Below are positions 48,801 through 57,700 of a DNA stretch of 64,000 nt, in pieces. Below the pieces are notes generated by a model, which saw only the letters and a program-made list of their open reading frames with translations, did not search any database and was not told where the DNA came from. The stretch covers positions 40,140-104,139 of IMG/VR virus record IMGVR_UViG_3300045971_000163. One strand, 5' to 3'. This stretch comes from a virus. How positions within the stretch are numbered: position 1 is the stretch's first letter; each line of letters begins with the position of its first letter. A program made the position numbers and the translations under genes.

Positions 48801-50572
48801 CATTCTTAATCCGCAACTTAACGGTTAAAAATTTCATGAGCGTGGGTAATAACACGCAAGCAATTAACTTTGACAGAAAAGACTTAACACTCGTGCTAGG
48901 TGAGAACTTAGACTTGGGTGGCGACGATAGCGGTGCACGTAACGGCACTGGCAAAACAACTATTGCTAATGCGTTAAGTTATGCTTTCTTTGGGCAAGCA
49001 CTAACAAATATAAAAAAAGATAATTTAATTAATAAAACGAACGGCAAGGGCATGCTGGTTACGATTGAGTTTATTAAAGATGGTGTAACTTATCGTATTG
49101 AGCGTGGACGCAAACCTGCAGTGTTGGAACTATACAAGGGTGATGTCGCGTTTGAAGCAAAGGACAACGATGCTCAAGGTGACTCGCGTGAGACTCAGAA
49201 CGAAATCGATAAAATTTTGTGCATGTCACCCGACATGTTCCGCCACATTGTCGCCCTTAACACATATACTGAGCCATTTCTTAGTTTGCGAGCTAATGAT
49301 CAACGGATTATCATTGAGCAGCTACTAGGGATTACGGTTTTAAGTGAGAAGTCGGAAGCACTTAAAGAGCAAATTAGGCTTTCCAAAGAAACAGTAACAT
49401 CCGAAGAGCATAGAATTAAAGCTATCACCGAGGCTAACAAGAAGATTGAAGAGCAAGTGGTTGCTATTAAGCGTAGGCAAGCACTATGGGACACAAAGCA
49501 TGAGGAAGAGCTTACTGAGTTGTCAGGATCGCTGGGAGAAATGCTTACCATCGACGTGGATCACGAAATTGAGCAGCATAGGTTGCTTGCTGAGTGGACT
49601 CTTAAAGATTCAGAGTTATCGTCGTTGGGTGAATTGTTATCTCGCACTGAAACTGACATGGCTCGTGAAGATAAGGCAATTACAAAACTGTTAGCAGAGA
49701 TTGAGAACATCAAGGACCATAAGTGTCATACTTGCGGGCAAGAGTTACACGACGAAAAGCAAAGTGAAATCTTAGCTGCTAAGGATGCTACGTTAGCAGA
49801 GCATGTTAACAAGTTGGCTGACTTGATGGAGAAGAAAGACGTCACTGTTGGTAAAATAGAGCAGTGTGGAGAGTTATACGCTAAACCCAACACGCATTAT
49901 AAAAAAGCGTTAGACGCACACAATCACAAAAATACAGTTAACAACTTAACAGCACAGCTAGAGGCTAAGTTGGCAGAGGAGAATCCATACACTGATCAAA
50001 TTAGTGAAATGGAAACTTCCGCATTGATCCCAGTTGACTATTCCTTGATAGACAAAACAAACAAAACTAAAGAGCATCAAGAGTTCTTGCTTAAACTGTT
50101 AACAAACAAAGATTCGTTTATTCGTAAGAGAATCATTGATCAAAACTTAACCTACTTAAACGCTAGATTGTCACATTACTTAGATAAAATTGGTCTACCA
50201 CATACTGTTGTATTCCAAAGTGACCTCAGTGTTAACATTGAGGAACTAGGTCGTGAGTTAGACTTTGACAACTTGAGCAGGGGTGAGCGTGGGCGGTTAA
50301 TATTGTCGTTGAACTTTGCTTTTAGAGATGTTTGGGAAAGTTTGTATGAAAAGATAAATATATTAATAGTTGATGAACTTCTTGACAACGGATTAGATGC
50401 TAGTGGTGTAGAAGCATCATTTGGAATTTTAAAGAAAATGTCAAGAGATTATGAAAAAAGTATTTGGCTAATATCACACCGTGATGATCTAACAGCAAGG
50501 GCAACTAGCATATTAAAAGTAATTAAAGACGGAGGATTTACTACATATTCTGGAGTAGGAAATGAATTATGA
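48797..50572 (+). CDS. gp46: Recombination ATPase subunit (Rad50/SbcC-like)
   Basis: KNFMSVG, Walker A NGTGKTT, zinc hook CHTC, LSRGE, Walker B LIVDE and ISH. Likely start MTFLIR at 48797. Confidence 0.92.
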   Translation: MTFLIRNLTVKNFMSVGNNTQAINFDRKDLTLVLGENLDLGGDDSGARNGTGKTTIANALSYAFFGQALTNIKKDNLINKTNGKGMLVTIEFIKDGVTYRIERGRKPAVLELYKGDVAFEAKDNDAQGDSRETQNEIDKILCMSPDMFRHIVALNTYTEPFLSLRANDQRIIIEQLLGITVLSEKSEALKEQIRLSKETVTSEEHRIKAITEANKKIEEQVVAIKRRQALWDTKHEEELTELSGSLGEMLTIDVDHEIEQHRLLAEWTLKDSELSSLGELLSRTETDMAREDKAITKLLAEIENIKDHKCHTCGQELHDEKQSEILAAKDATLAEHVNKLADLMEKKDVTVGKIEQCGELYAKPNTHYKKALDAHNHKNTVNNLTAQLEAKLAEENPYTDQISEMETSALIPVDYSLIDKTNKTKEHQEFLLKLLTNKDSFIRKRIIDQNLTYLNARLSHYLDKIGLPHTVVFQSDLSVNIEELGRELDFDNLSRGERGRLILSLNFAFRDVWESLYEKINILIVDELLDNGLDASGVEASFGILKKMSRDYEKSIWLISHRDDLTARATSILKVIKDGGFTTYSGVGNEL

Positions 50573-51314
50573 AAATATATACAATTTAATCGTGTCACGT
50601 GCTAAAATAAGACCTTTACTATCTTTTGAGATTCATCATATTTTACCAAAATCACTAGGCGGCGATAATTCTATAGAAAATTTAGTTCAGCTTACTCATA
50701 AAGAGCATATTTTGTGTCATGAATTATTATGGAAAAAATATAGAAAATTGGTTGGCATCAACCATGAGTCAACAAGAAAAATGGCACATGCTTTCCATTT
50801 TTTAATGACTGACCACAATGGATTAAGATTTCCTTCAATACGGCAGGCTGCTTTAGCATTAGTTGCAGCAAGAGAAGCACAATTGGGTAAAAAATTATCA
50901 GAAGACACTAAACATAAAATAAGTCTTGGTCATAAAGGACAAATACCTTGGAATAAAAATATGCAAGGATGGGCATCTACAGAAACTTCAGAAAAAATTA
51001 GCAATGCTAATAAAGGAAACAAACATGCGTTAGGTATTAAACTCAATGAGAGCCAATTAGTTCGTAGAAGTGAAATTAACTCAGGCATTAATAACCCAAT
51101 GTTTGGGCACTCGCATAGTGAGAAATCACGTAAAGCAATGAGTGATTCACAAAAACAATTATGGACTCTTGAACGAAGAAAACAATATAGCAATGTTGCT
51201 TTATCTAGAAAGAAAATTATGTGTAATCATTGTGGCAAAAAAGCAACTGCTGGTATGTTTGCCAGGTGGCATGGGCAAAACTGTAAAAATTACAACGCAG
51301 ACACAAATGACTAA
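50562..51314 (+). CDS. Free-standing HNH homing endonuclease with NUMOD3-like repeats
   Basis: EIHHILPKSLGG...NLVQLTHKEH...H, HSEKSRKAMS, NPMFG and C-terminal CNHC...WHG.NC. Confidence 0.85.
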   Translation: MNYENIYNLIVSRAKIRPLLSFEIHHILPKSLGGDNSIENLVQLTHKEHILCHELLWKKYRKLVGINHESTRKMAHAFHFLMTDHNGLRFPSIRQAALALVAAREAQLGKKLSEDTKHKISLGHKGQIPWNKNMQGWASTETSEKISNANKGNKHALGIKLNESQLVRRSEINSGINNPMFGHSHSEKSRKAMSDSQKQLWTLERRKQYSNVALSRKKIMCNHCGKKATAGMFARWHGQNCKNYNADTND

Positions 51315-51367
51315 CTATTTTGTAGCCACCGGCCAATGAGCATAAATTAATATATAAGGAGACAAAT

Positions 51368-51553
51368 ATGGCAACACATGAAGATATCGTAGCAGCATTC
51401 ACAACTTATATTGATGAATCACTAAAATTTGAAGACAAGGGCGTAAAAGCCGCAGCAGCTCGCGCTCGTGCAGCATTGGGTGATGTAGCTAAATTAGCTA
51501 AAGTACGCCGAGCTGAGATTCAGGAAAAGAAAAATCTGATGGCAAAAGCATAA
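51368..51553 (+). CDS. Small histone H1-like (Hc1-type) DNA-binding protein
   Basis: KFEDKGVKAAAARARAAL...KVRRAEIQEKKN; strong AGGAG ribosome-binding site. Confidence 0.65.
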   Translation: MATHEDIVAAFTTYIDESLKFEDKGVKAAAARARAALGDVAKLAKVRRAEIQEKKNLMAKA

Positions 51554-51581
51554 ATAAAAGAGTGGAAACACTCTTTTAGGA

Positions 51582-52307
51582 ATGCTTATGATTTTTCTTG
51601 ATAACAAATATACTAACTGGTATTTTAACATAGTAGCGAATGCGAAACAAACAGCAGCATATACTGAAAAGCACCACATTGTTCCAAGATCATTGGGTGG
51701 TAGTAACGACAAGAGCAACATAATAAAGTTATCCGCAAGAGAGCATTTTATTTGTCACTGGTTATTATCAAAGATGTGTGCTGGTAATGAAAGAAACAAA
51801 ATGGTGTATGCTTTGTTTATGATGAAGAAAGAATCAAAACAGCATCAACGATATTTTACACCTATCACAAGCCGTGTTTTTGAAAAATATAAATCTTGTC
51901 TTCGTCATTCAGATGAAACTAAACAAAAGATGAGGAAGCCCAAATCTCAAGTTCATTGTAATAACATAAGTAAGGCGAGACAAGGTATTGCGTTTAGTGA
52001 TCAACAAATTCATAATATGAGTATTGCTCACAAAGGAATTGTGACATATAAACGAACAGATAAGCACCGTGAGATTACAAGAAATATACATAAAAATAAA
52101 GTTGTATCTGAAGAATCAAGAAAAAAGATGAGTGAATCGCACATAGGAAAATCGCCAGGCAACAAGGGAGTTCAGCTATCAGTAGAACAAAAGGCACTAC
52201 GGCCATGGCACCATTGTTCTATATGTGGGACAAAATCTCAAAATAAAGCAAATATAGTACGATACCACGGAAACAATTGTAAAAATGGCAGTAAACGGAA
52301 AGAATAA
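51582..52307 (+). CDS. Free-standing HNH homing endonuclease with NUMOD3-like repeats
   Basis: YTEKHHIVPRSLGG...REHFICHWLL, HSDETKQKM, SEESRKKMSESH and CSIC...YHGNNC. Confidence 0.85.
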   Translation: MLMIFLDNKYTNWYFNIVANAKQTAAYTEKHHIVPRSLGGSNDKSNIIKLSAREHFICHWLLSKMCAGNERNKMVYALFMMKKESKQHQRYFTPITSRVFEKYKSCLRHSDETKQKMRKPKSQVHCNNISKARQGIAFSDQQIHNMSIAHKGIVTYKRTDKHREITRNIHKNKVVSEESRKKMSESHIGKSPGNKGVQLSVEQKALRPWHHCSICGTKSQNKANIVRYHGNNCKNGSKRKE

Positions 52308-52782
52308 AGGAAGCTCTTTTGAACGGAAGATAGCAAATTTGCTATCTGAACGATTTGAGCCCATAACAGGGATTAAGTCATCGTTTAGAAGGAATCCAGA
52401 TTCTGGCTCGTTCTTTGGTGGGACTAATAAAAAACGCACAGTAACACATGATTTAAGTCATGCTAACTTTGGGGACATTATTTGCCCAGAAAACTTTAAG
52501 TTTTCCGTAGAGTGCAAGCATTATAAAACAGGGCCATCGTTTGCTGCCATTGTGAAGGGTAAAATCACGCAATGGGACACGTGGATAGCGCAAGCTTCGC
52601 AGGATGCTGAAAGTAGCCAGCGAAGCATGATGCTTATTATCAAGTATAACGGTGTCGATGAGATCGTTATAACTGAAAAACAGCTAGACCTAGAATCAAA
52701 ACTAATATATAATAAATTCGTAGGGTACCGTTTAGCTGATGTATTATCATTACCCGACGAAGACTTTTTTATAAAAACTTAA
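52285..52782 (+). CDS. Holliday junction resolvase (PD-(D/E)xK, Hjc-like)
   Basis: GKNKGSSFERKIA, GDII and VECKHY. Confidence 0.8.
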   Translation: MAVNGKNKGSSFERKIANLLSERFEPITGIKSSFRRNPDSGSFFGGTNKKRTVTHDLSHANFGDIICPENFKFSVECKHYKTGPSFAAIVKGKITQWDTWIAQASQDAESSQRSMMLIIKYNGVDEIVITEKQLDLESKLIYNKFVGYRLADVLSLPDEDFFIKT

Positions 52783-52910
52783 ACCCACTTCTGAGACCAT
52801 CTCAAATCACACGTTAACAAACCCAAACCCCATGCAAGCGTCAAGTGACCATGTGTTAGTAGGGCAAGTTAATATCCATAGGTTACAACAGAGACAAACT
52901 CTTATACTTT

Positions 52911-53498
52911 TTCAGGTATTTTTCTAGTAACAACTCACACGCTTCATTCGCCGTAAGTTAGTTGACACAAGGATTTGCACGGAGTCCAAATTGTTCCGTG
53001 TGCTAAGGCCCTCATTGGTGGTGTGGCCCACTAGCGTAAGTGCAAGTCAGCACGATCTAACACACTGCGATGAGCAGTCCTTAAAATAATATCAACCCCA
53101 GAGCCATGAGTTGCGCTGGAGCGATGTTTTAGTGTTAGTTTATATAGGTTTTAAATGTGGTTGGTGGTTAATGACACGCGGTATATCCCACCAAATCAGC
53201 GGAAAGTGCTAAGATAACGATCCGATCAAAACTGATGACACACGCCTGGATCCGTACGGAGTAATGCTCATGTGCGGTAGGAGAGACATAGCCAGTTCCC
53301 CCTCCTAAAGAAATTTCAGAATCTAGTGGTACGCGACGGTAAGGTACAACGTAAATGGGATTAGGATAGGAACGATTCGGTTTTTTCTATCTTCTTTCCA
53401 CATTTACCGTGGTCTGACTCTGGTAAGATAGGACTTCAATACCGGCTTCGCCTAATACCTGAATACCAAAACACCCAACCACCAATACTGGCTATAAG
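52911..53498 (+). ncRNA. Putative large structured non-coding RNA of unknown family
   Basis: ORF-free gap. A 10-bp closing helix (52911-52920 / 53454-53463) encloses more than 10 nested helices. A 3' tail can form pseudoknots. G-U pairs favour the plus strand. Confidence 0.7.
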
Positions 53499-53512
53499 GA
53501 AAGGGATAAAAC

Positions 53513-53558
53513 GCTCGAGACGCGATAGCGTCGAAGAGCAGTAGTGCGTAGCACTACT
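53513..53558. other. Tandem GC-rich hairpins with GATA and GTA loops
   Basis: GCTC-GA-GACGC[GATA]GCGTC-GAA-GAGC, immediately followed by AGTAGTGC[GTA]GCACTACT. Confidence 0.75.
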
Positions 53559-53586
53559 ATATAACAATCACACTTTGATTTTGCTA

Positions 53587-53805
53587 TTAGAAAAATGGCA
53601 ATCCAGATTTTTTAGTGGTCTCGAGATTATCTTTAACGATCTTGTTGATCATTTCACGTTCTGAAAACGATAATAGCATAGCGTCCTCATAAGAAAGACC
53701 ACCCCGCATAAACCAGCTTAGTTTGAGTGCTTCTTCTTTGAAGGCTTTTGCCTCTTTCTCCATTTTGCCGATATACCCTTCGATTCTATCGGCGGGCAGT
53801 GACAA
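53587..53805 (-). CDS. Small tail/baseplate assembly chaperone ORF (gp51-like), probably reached by -1 frameshift
   Basis: WFMRGGLSYEDAMLLS..ERE. Weak TTG start with no ribosome-binding site; frame is open back to the slippery site. Confidence 0.7.
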   Translation of the reverse strand: MSLPADRIEGYIGKMEKEAKAFKEEALKLSWFMRGGLSYEDAMLLSFSEREMINKIVKDNLETTKKSGLPFF

Positions 53806-53810
53806 AAGCC

Positions 53811-54647
53811 TTAGGCGAAAAAATTAGAATAGTCGAATGATAAGGTTATGTCGAAGTTATGTCCGCAAGATGAGCAAGCAACATTAACTGGCTTGATTTT
53901 TGCTGTTTCTGCATGCGCAGATAATACATCTTTTACTTTGACAGTAATTTGCCTACCAGTGTTCTTAAAGAACTCAACAATAAATGCATGATTAGTAACT
54001 TTAACCCCATCCTCTGTTAAGATGTATTCTATTGAGTCAGCGTATAAATCATTTGTCATTTCAACAATACGTGTTAAGTGATTTGTAAACTGTTCAGTTT
54101 TCTCAGCATCGTTTAACGTAACGTCACGTATTGTGTTAAGCAACTTTTGCTCTTCAAAGTTTACTAAGTTTGCTTTGGTTACGTCGGAGTATTTCCTAGG
54201 CTTAAACTTAAACGTTAGCCCATCAACTTGCAACTGCTCGTTATAGTTTGGTGGTCTAATAGATCCAAGCACATTATTCAAATCAATATTGTACGAGTTC
54301 TCTTCGTCACATTTTGGGCACTTAGCTTCAACTTCCATCATATTTGTATAGCTAGCAATGCGTATTGCTACTAAAATAGCATCTACGTCAATAGATGGCA
54401 TTTCCCAAGCATTTTTAATTTCTGGAATACAAGATTGGATCACGCTTACTACCCCGCTACCGTTAAGTAGTGCGTCAGGAGTCCTGAGAGTAATCTCATC
54501 TTTAGTAGTCATTGAGTATACTGGAATTTCCCCAGTTACTGGCAACGATAGAGCATTCTCTGGCCAAAAAGAACCCCCGCTTGGTAGTTTGATGTAAATG
54601 GCTGGCTGGCGAAAGTGCTTGAAAAGTGGATTACTAGAATCTGTCAT
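53811..54647 (-). CDS. Baseplate hub / tail assembly chaperone (gp26-like)
   Basis: YIKLPSGG, MTTKDE, D..AILVAIRIASY, CPKC and CSSC...NFF. Confidence 0.75.
   Translation of the reverse strand: MTDSSNPLFKHFRQPAIYIKLPSGGSFWPENALSLPVTGEIPVYSMTTKDEITLRTPDALLNGSGVVSVIQSCIPEIKNAWEMPSIDVDAILVAIRIASYTNMMEVEAKCPKCDEENSYNIDLNNVLGSIRPPNYNEQLQVDGLTFKFKPRKYSDVTKANLVNFEEQKLLNTIRDVTLNDAEKTEQFTNHLTRIVEMTNDLYADSIEYILTEDGVKVTNHAFIVEFFKNTGRQITVKVKDVLSAHAETAKIKPVNVACSSCGHNFDITLSFDYSNFFA
53817..53823 (-). other. Putative -1 ribosomal frameshift site T TTT TTC
   Basis: Minus strand AAT TTT TTC GCC TAA. The -1 frame reads TTT TTT CGC CTA AGG CTT TTG TCA into the downstream ORF. Confidence 0.7.
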
Positions 54648-54656
54648 AAAATCTCC

Positions 54657-54694
54657 TATAAATACATATGGTGCATGTAGTATCTATATTTATG
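54657..54694. promoter_or_regulatory. Divergent T4-type late promoters
   Basis: TATAAATA (+, 54657-54664) faces the tape measure gene; CATAAATA (-, 54687-54694) faces the chaperone gene. Confidence 0.7.
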
Positions 54695-54704
54695 TGAGCA
54701 TATA

Positions 54705-57700
54705 TTGATGGATGAAGAAAATTCAAGCAGTTTTACCGAAGCAATTAATCGAGTAACCGAAGGCCTTAACGTTGAGGCTGATACTCGCGAGAAAATTGCA
54801 AAGGAGCTCAAGCGCGAACTAACAGAATCTATTAGGAGAGAGTCGTTCGCTAAATTATCAGCGGCACAGCAAAAGAAACGCACCCAAGAGTTAATATCTC
54901 ACATACAATTACAAACTGACAAGCTAAAAAATAACACCATTGAACTAGCTGAGTTTAGGGACACCACGGAAAGTGCTACTCGAGACTTAGCTCAATTTCG
55001 TAAAACTGCTGACTCTAGCACAAAAGCACAAATACAGCAAACTCTTGGGGCAGTTAAAGACATCGAGGGAAGGAAAAAAGTAAACGATCAGTTACTAACA
55101 TCATCGGGTATGCTGGTTGGTACTCTTCTGCGGTCGGCTGGAACATTAACCACTGGTATTATACGAGCAGTTCAAGATGGTGGGGATGGTATTAGGGTTG
55201 CGTCGACCATTCTGCAAGCTGAGTTAACTGCTGGTGGGGCAGTCGCTGGCGCCATATTTAAAGGTGTGGCATCAGTTGGTGGTGCAATGCAAAGTATGGG
55301 TCCTGGCGCCGCTAAGGCAGGTAAAGGATTAGCAATGCTTGGCAATACAGCGGGCTTTGTATCTGACTCATTTATTGCTTTTGAAAAATTCAAATTCGAG
55401 CTACTTTCTAAGGAAGCAGAGATAGTAGTAACATCGTTCCGTGACATATCGTCAACTGGTGCAATGTTTGAAGAAGGGATGAGCGCATTAAAAAATGCGT
55501 CTATTGAGTCCGGGTTGTCTATCCAAGCATTAGGAAAAATACAAAAAACGTCAGCGGAAAATATTTCGGGTGCTGGTTTAGGTATGGCAAAAGGGTTTAA
55601 GCTACTAGCCAAAACATTTTCAGGTGATGCTGGTAATCAGTTAAAAACTAGTTTGCTTAACCTGGGATTTGCACTTGAGGAACAAGGCGATGTTGTAGCC
55701 AAGACAATGGAACAAATGCGTATGGCTGGCAGAGATATGAATACAGTATCTCAATCTGACATCAAGCAAAGTACTGAAGACTACGCTAAAAACTTAAGAA
55801 CAATATCGGCCATAACAGGTAAAGATGCGAAAGCAAAAATGGAAGAAGCTAGGAAAGCTTCAATGAATGCAGCGGTCTTAGTTAAAGTGAGGCAAGCAGA
55901 GCGTGCTGGAGATAAAGACGCATTACTGAAATTTAAGCAAGGGTTAATAGCTGCAGGGGAGTTTGGAGATGCGTTTATTCAAAATTACGTATCCTCTGAT
56001 TCAAAAGGTCGAGGAGGTAGTATCGTAGATCCTGCATCAGCGGTTGCACTAAACCAGGTACCGGGATCAGAGGATCAAGTAAAGAGGCTCACTGAAGCTG
56101 CATTGGATTCTACGACTAACATGGATCAGTTTACCAAATCTGCCGCAGCAGCAAAAGGTCGATTAAATGAATTATTCACAAGTGATGAAGGACTAAAAGC
56201 CTTTAAGGAAATTGCTATTGCTGGAACAATGGGAGCCAATAGTTTTGTTAAGACTATCGCCGATAAAAATAAAAGTATTTTGGACGATTCATTCAAGGGT
56301 CCAGCAAATAGTAAAGAAGCAGTTGACGCAGTTAACGCAGTTCAAGTAAGTATGAAGACCTTGGATGAAACTACACGCGGTCTAAACGAGGTTATCTTAC
56401 AAGGTGAAGCAACACGATCTAAACTTGAGGGGTTATTATTTGATAATCTAGCAAAATACACCGAGACAATGAAAACAGCATTGGCCCATGCTAACTTACT
56501 AGTCGATTCTAATAAATTTTTAGAAAAAGCAATGGAAGATGCAAAGAATGCAGTTGGTAGTTCTATTAACTGGTTTGAAGTGGCTATAGCTGGATTAATT
56601 GGGGCGTTTAGTCTTTCGAAATTAGCTGGGCTAGGGACGGCAATAGGAAAAGCTACCACTGGATTACTTGGTGTAACAAAAGCAGCTGAAGGAGCGGCTC
56701 TTACCTTCCCAGTATTAGAAAATGCAGCGGGGGCAGCAACTGGTACATCAACAGCAGCAGTCGCTGGTGCAGCAGTAGCACCACTGGCGTTAATGGGAGC
56801 CGCAACGGTTGCCGCTGACAATGCGCAAATGGGCGGAAGTAATTTAAATCCGTTTAGTGCAACTGGTAATGCTGGCTTAGGTATGTCAAAATTCTTTGAA
56901 AGTATTTTTGGCAGCCGTGGTGATGACGCAGAGCGTAAACAAAAGAAACAGCAAGCAGAATCTGGTGCTACTTGGAGCCTTAAAGAAGCTGAGGATATTA
57001 AAAAGCGTTTAGGTATTGATGTCCCAGTCACACCTGTAACAGCAGCAAACGCAAAAATAGCGTTAGTTGAAACTGACAAGAAGGAACCAGCAGTTGATAG
57101 TAAGGATAAAACCACACTAGCACAAGATGTAGTAGACAAAAACAAAGAGTTAGTGGACGCAGTTTCCAAGATACCTGCACCACCAGCACAAGAGGTAAAT
57201 GTATCAGTTGGATTAAGCCCCAAAGATATAAGTGCATTGCAAAATGCAGTAGCAGCAAAAAACAAAGAGTTAGTGGACGCAGTTTCCAAGATACCTGCAC
57301 CACCAGCACAAGATGTAAATGTATCAGTTGGATTAAGCCCCAAAGATATAAGTGCATTGCAAAATGCAGTAGCAGCAAAAAACAAAGAGTTGACAGATGC
57401 AGTTTCTAGTGTGCAAGTGCAGCCAAAACAAGATGTAACTGTATCAGTTGGACTAAGCCCTAAAGACATCAGTGCATTGCAAAATGCAGTAGCAGCAAAA
57501 AACAAAGAGTTGACAGATGCAGTTTCTAGTGTGCAAGTGCAGCCAAAACAAGATGTAAATGTATCAGTTGGACTAAGCCCTAAAGACATCAGTGCATTGC
57601 AAAATGCAGCAAAAATTAAGGAAGAAGCGCCGCCAAAAGATACAACTTTAAAATTATCGTCAACAGAGTCTGATGCTATTATTAAAAATAAAGAAGTTAG

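Noticed and set aside
50562-52307. HNH genes as IscB/HEARO-type RNA-guided nucleases paired with the large RNA
   Set aside because: No PLMP or split RuvC motifs; the architecture is HNH plus NUMOD3-like repeats, typical of homing endonucleases.
52783-53586. tRNA cluster, group I/II intron or canonical RNase P
   Set aside because: No cloverleaf or TTCGA arm in tRNA context; the flanking genes are complete and convergent, so nothing is interrupted; no group II domain V or RNase P GAGGAAAGUCC motif recognised. A covariance-model search is still needed.
53765-53800. H-type pseudoknot stimulating the frameshift
   Set aside because: The two candidate stems have zero-length connecting loops and start about 18 nt from the slippery site, an atypical geometry; only a simple stem is claimed.
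57138-57611. Possible CRISPR array
   Set aside because: The units are contiguous in-frame coding repeats with no unique spacers, and no cas genes are present.
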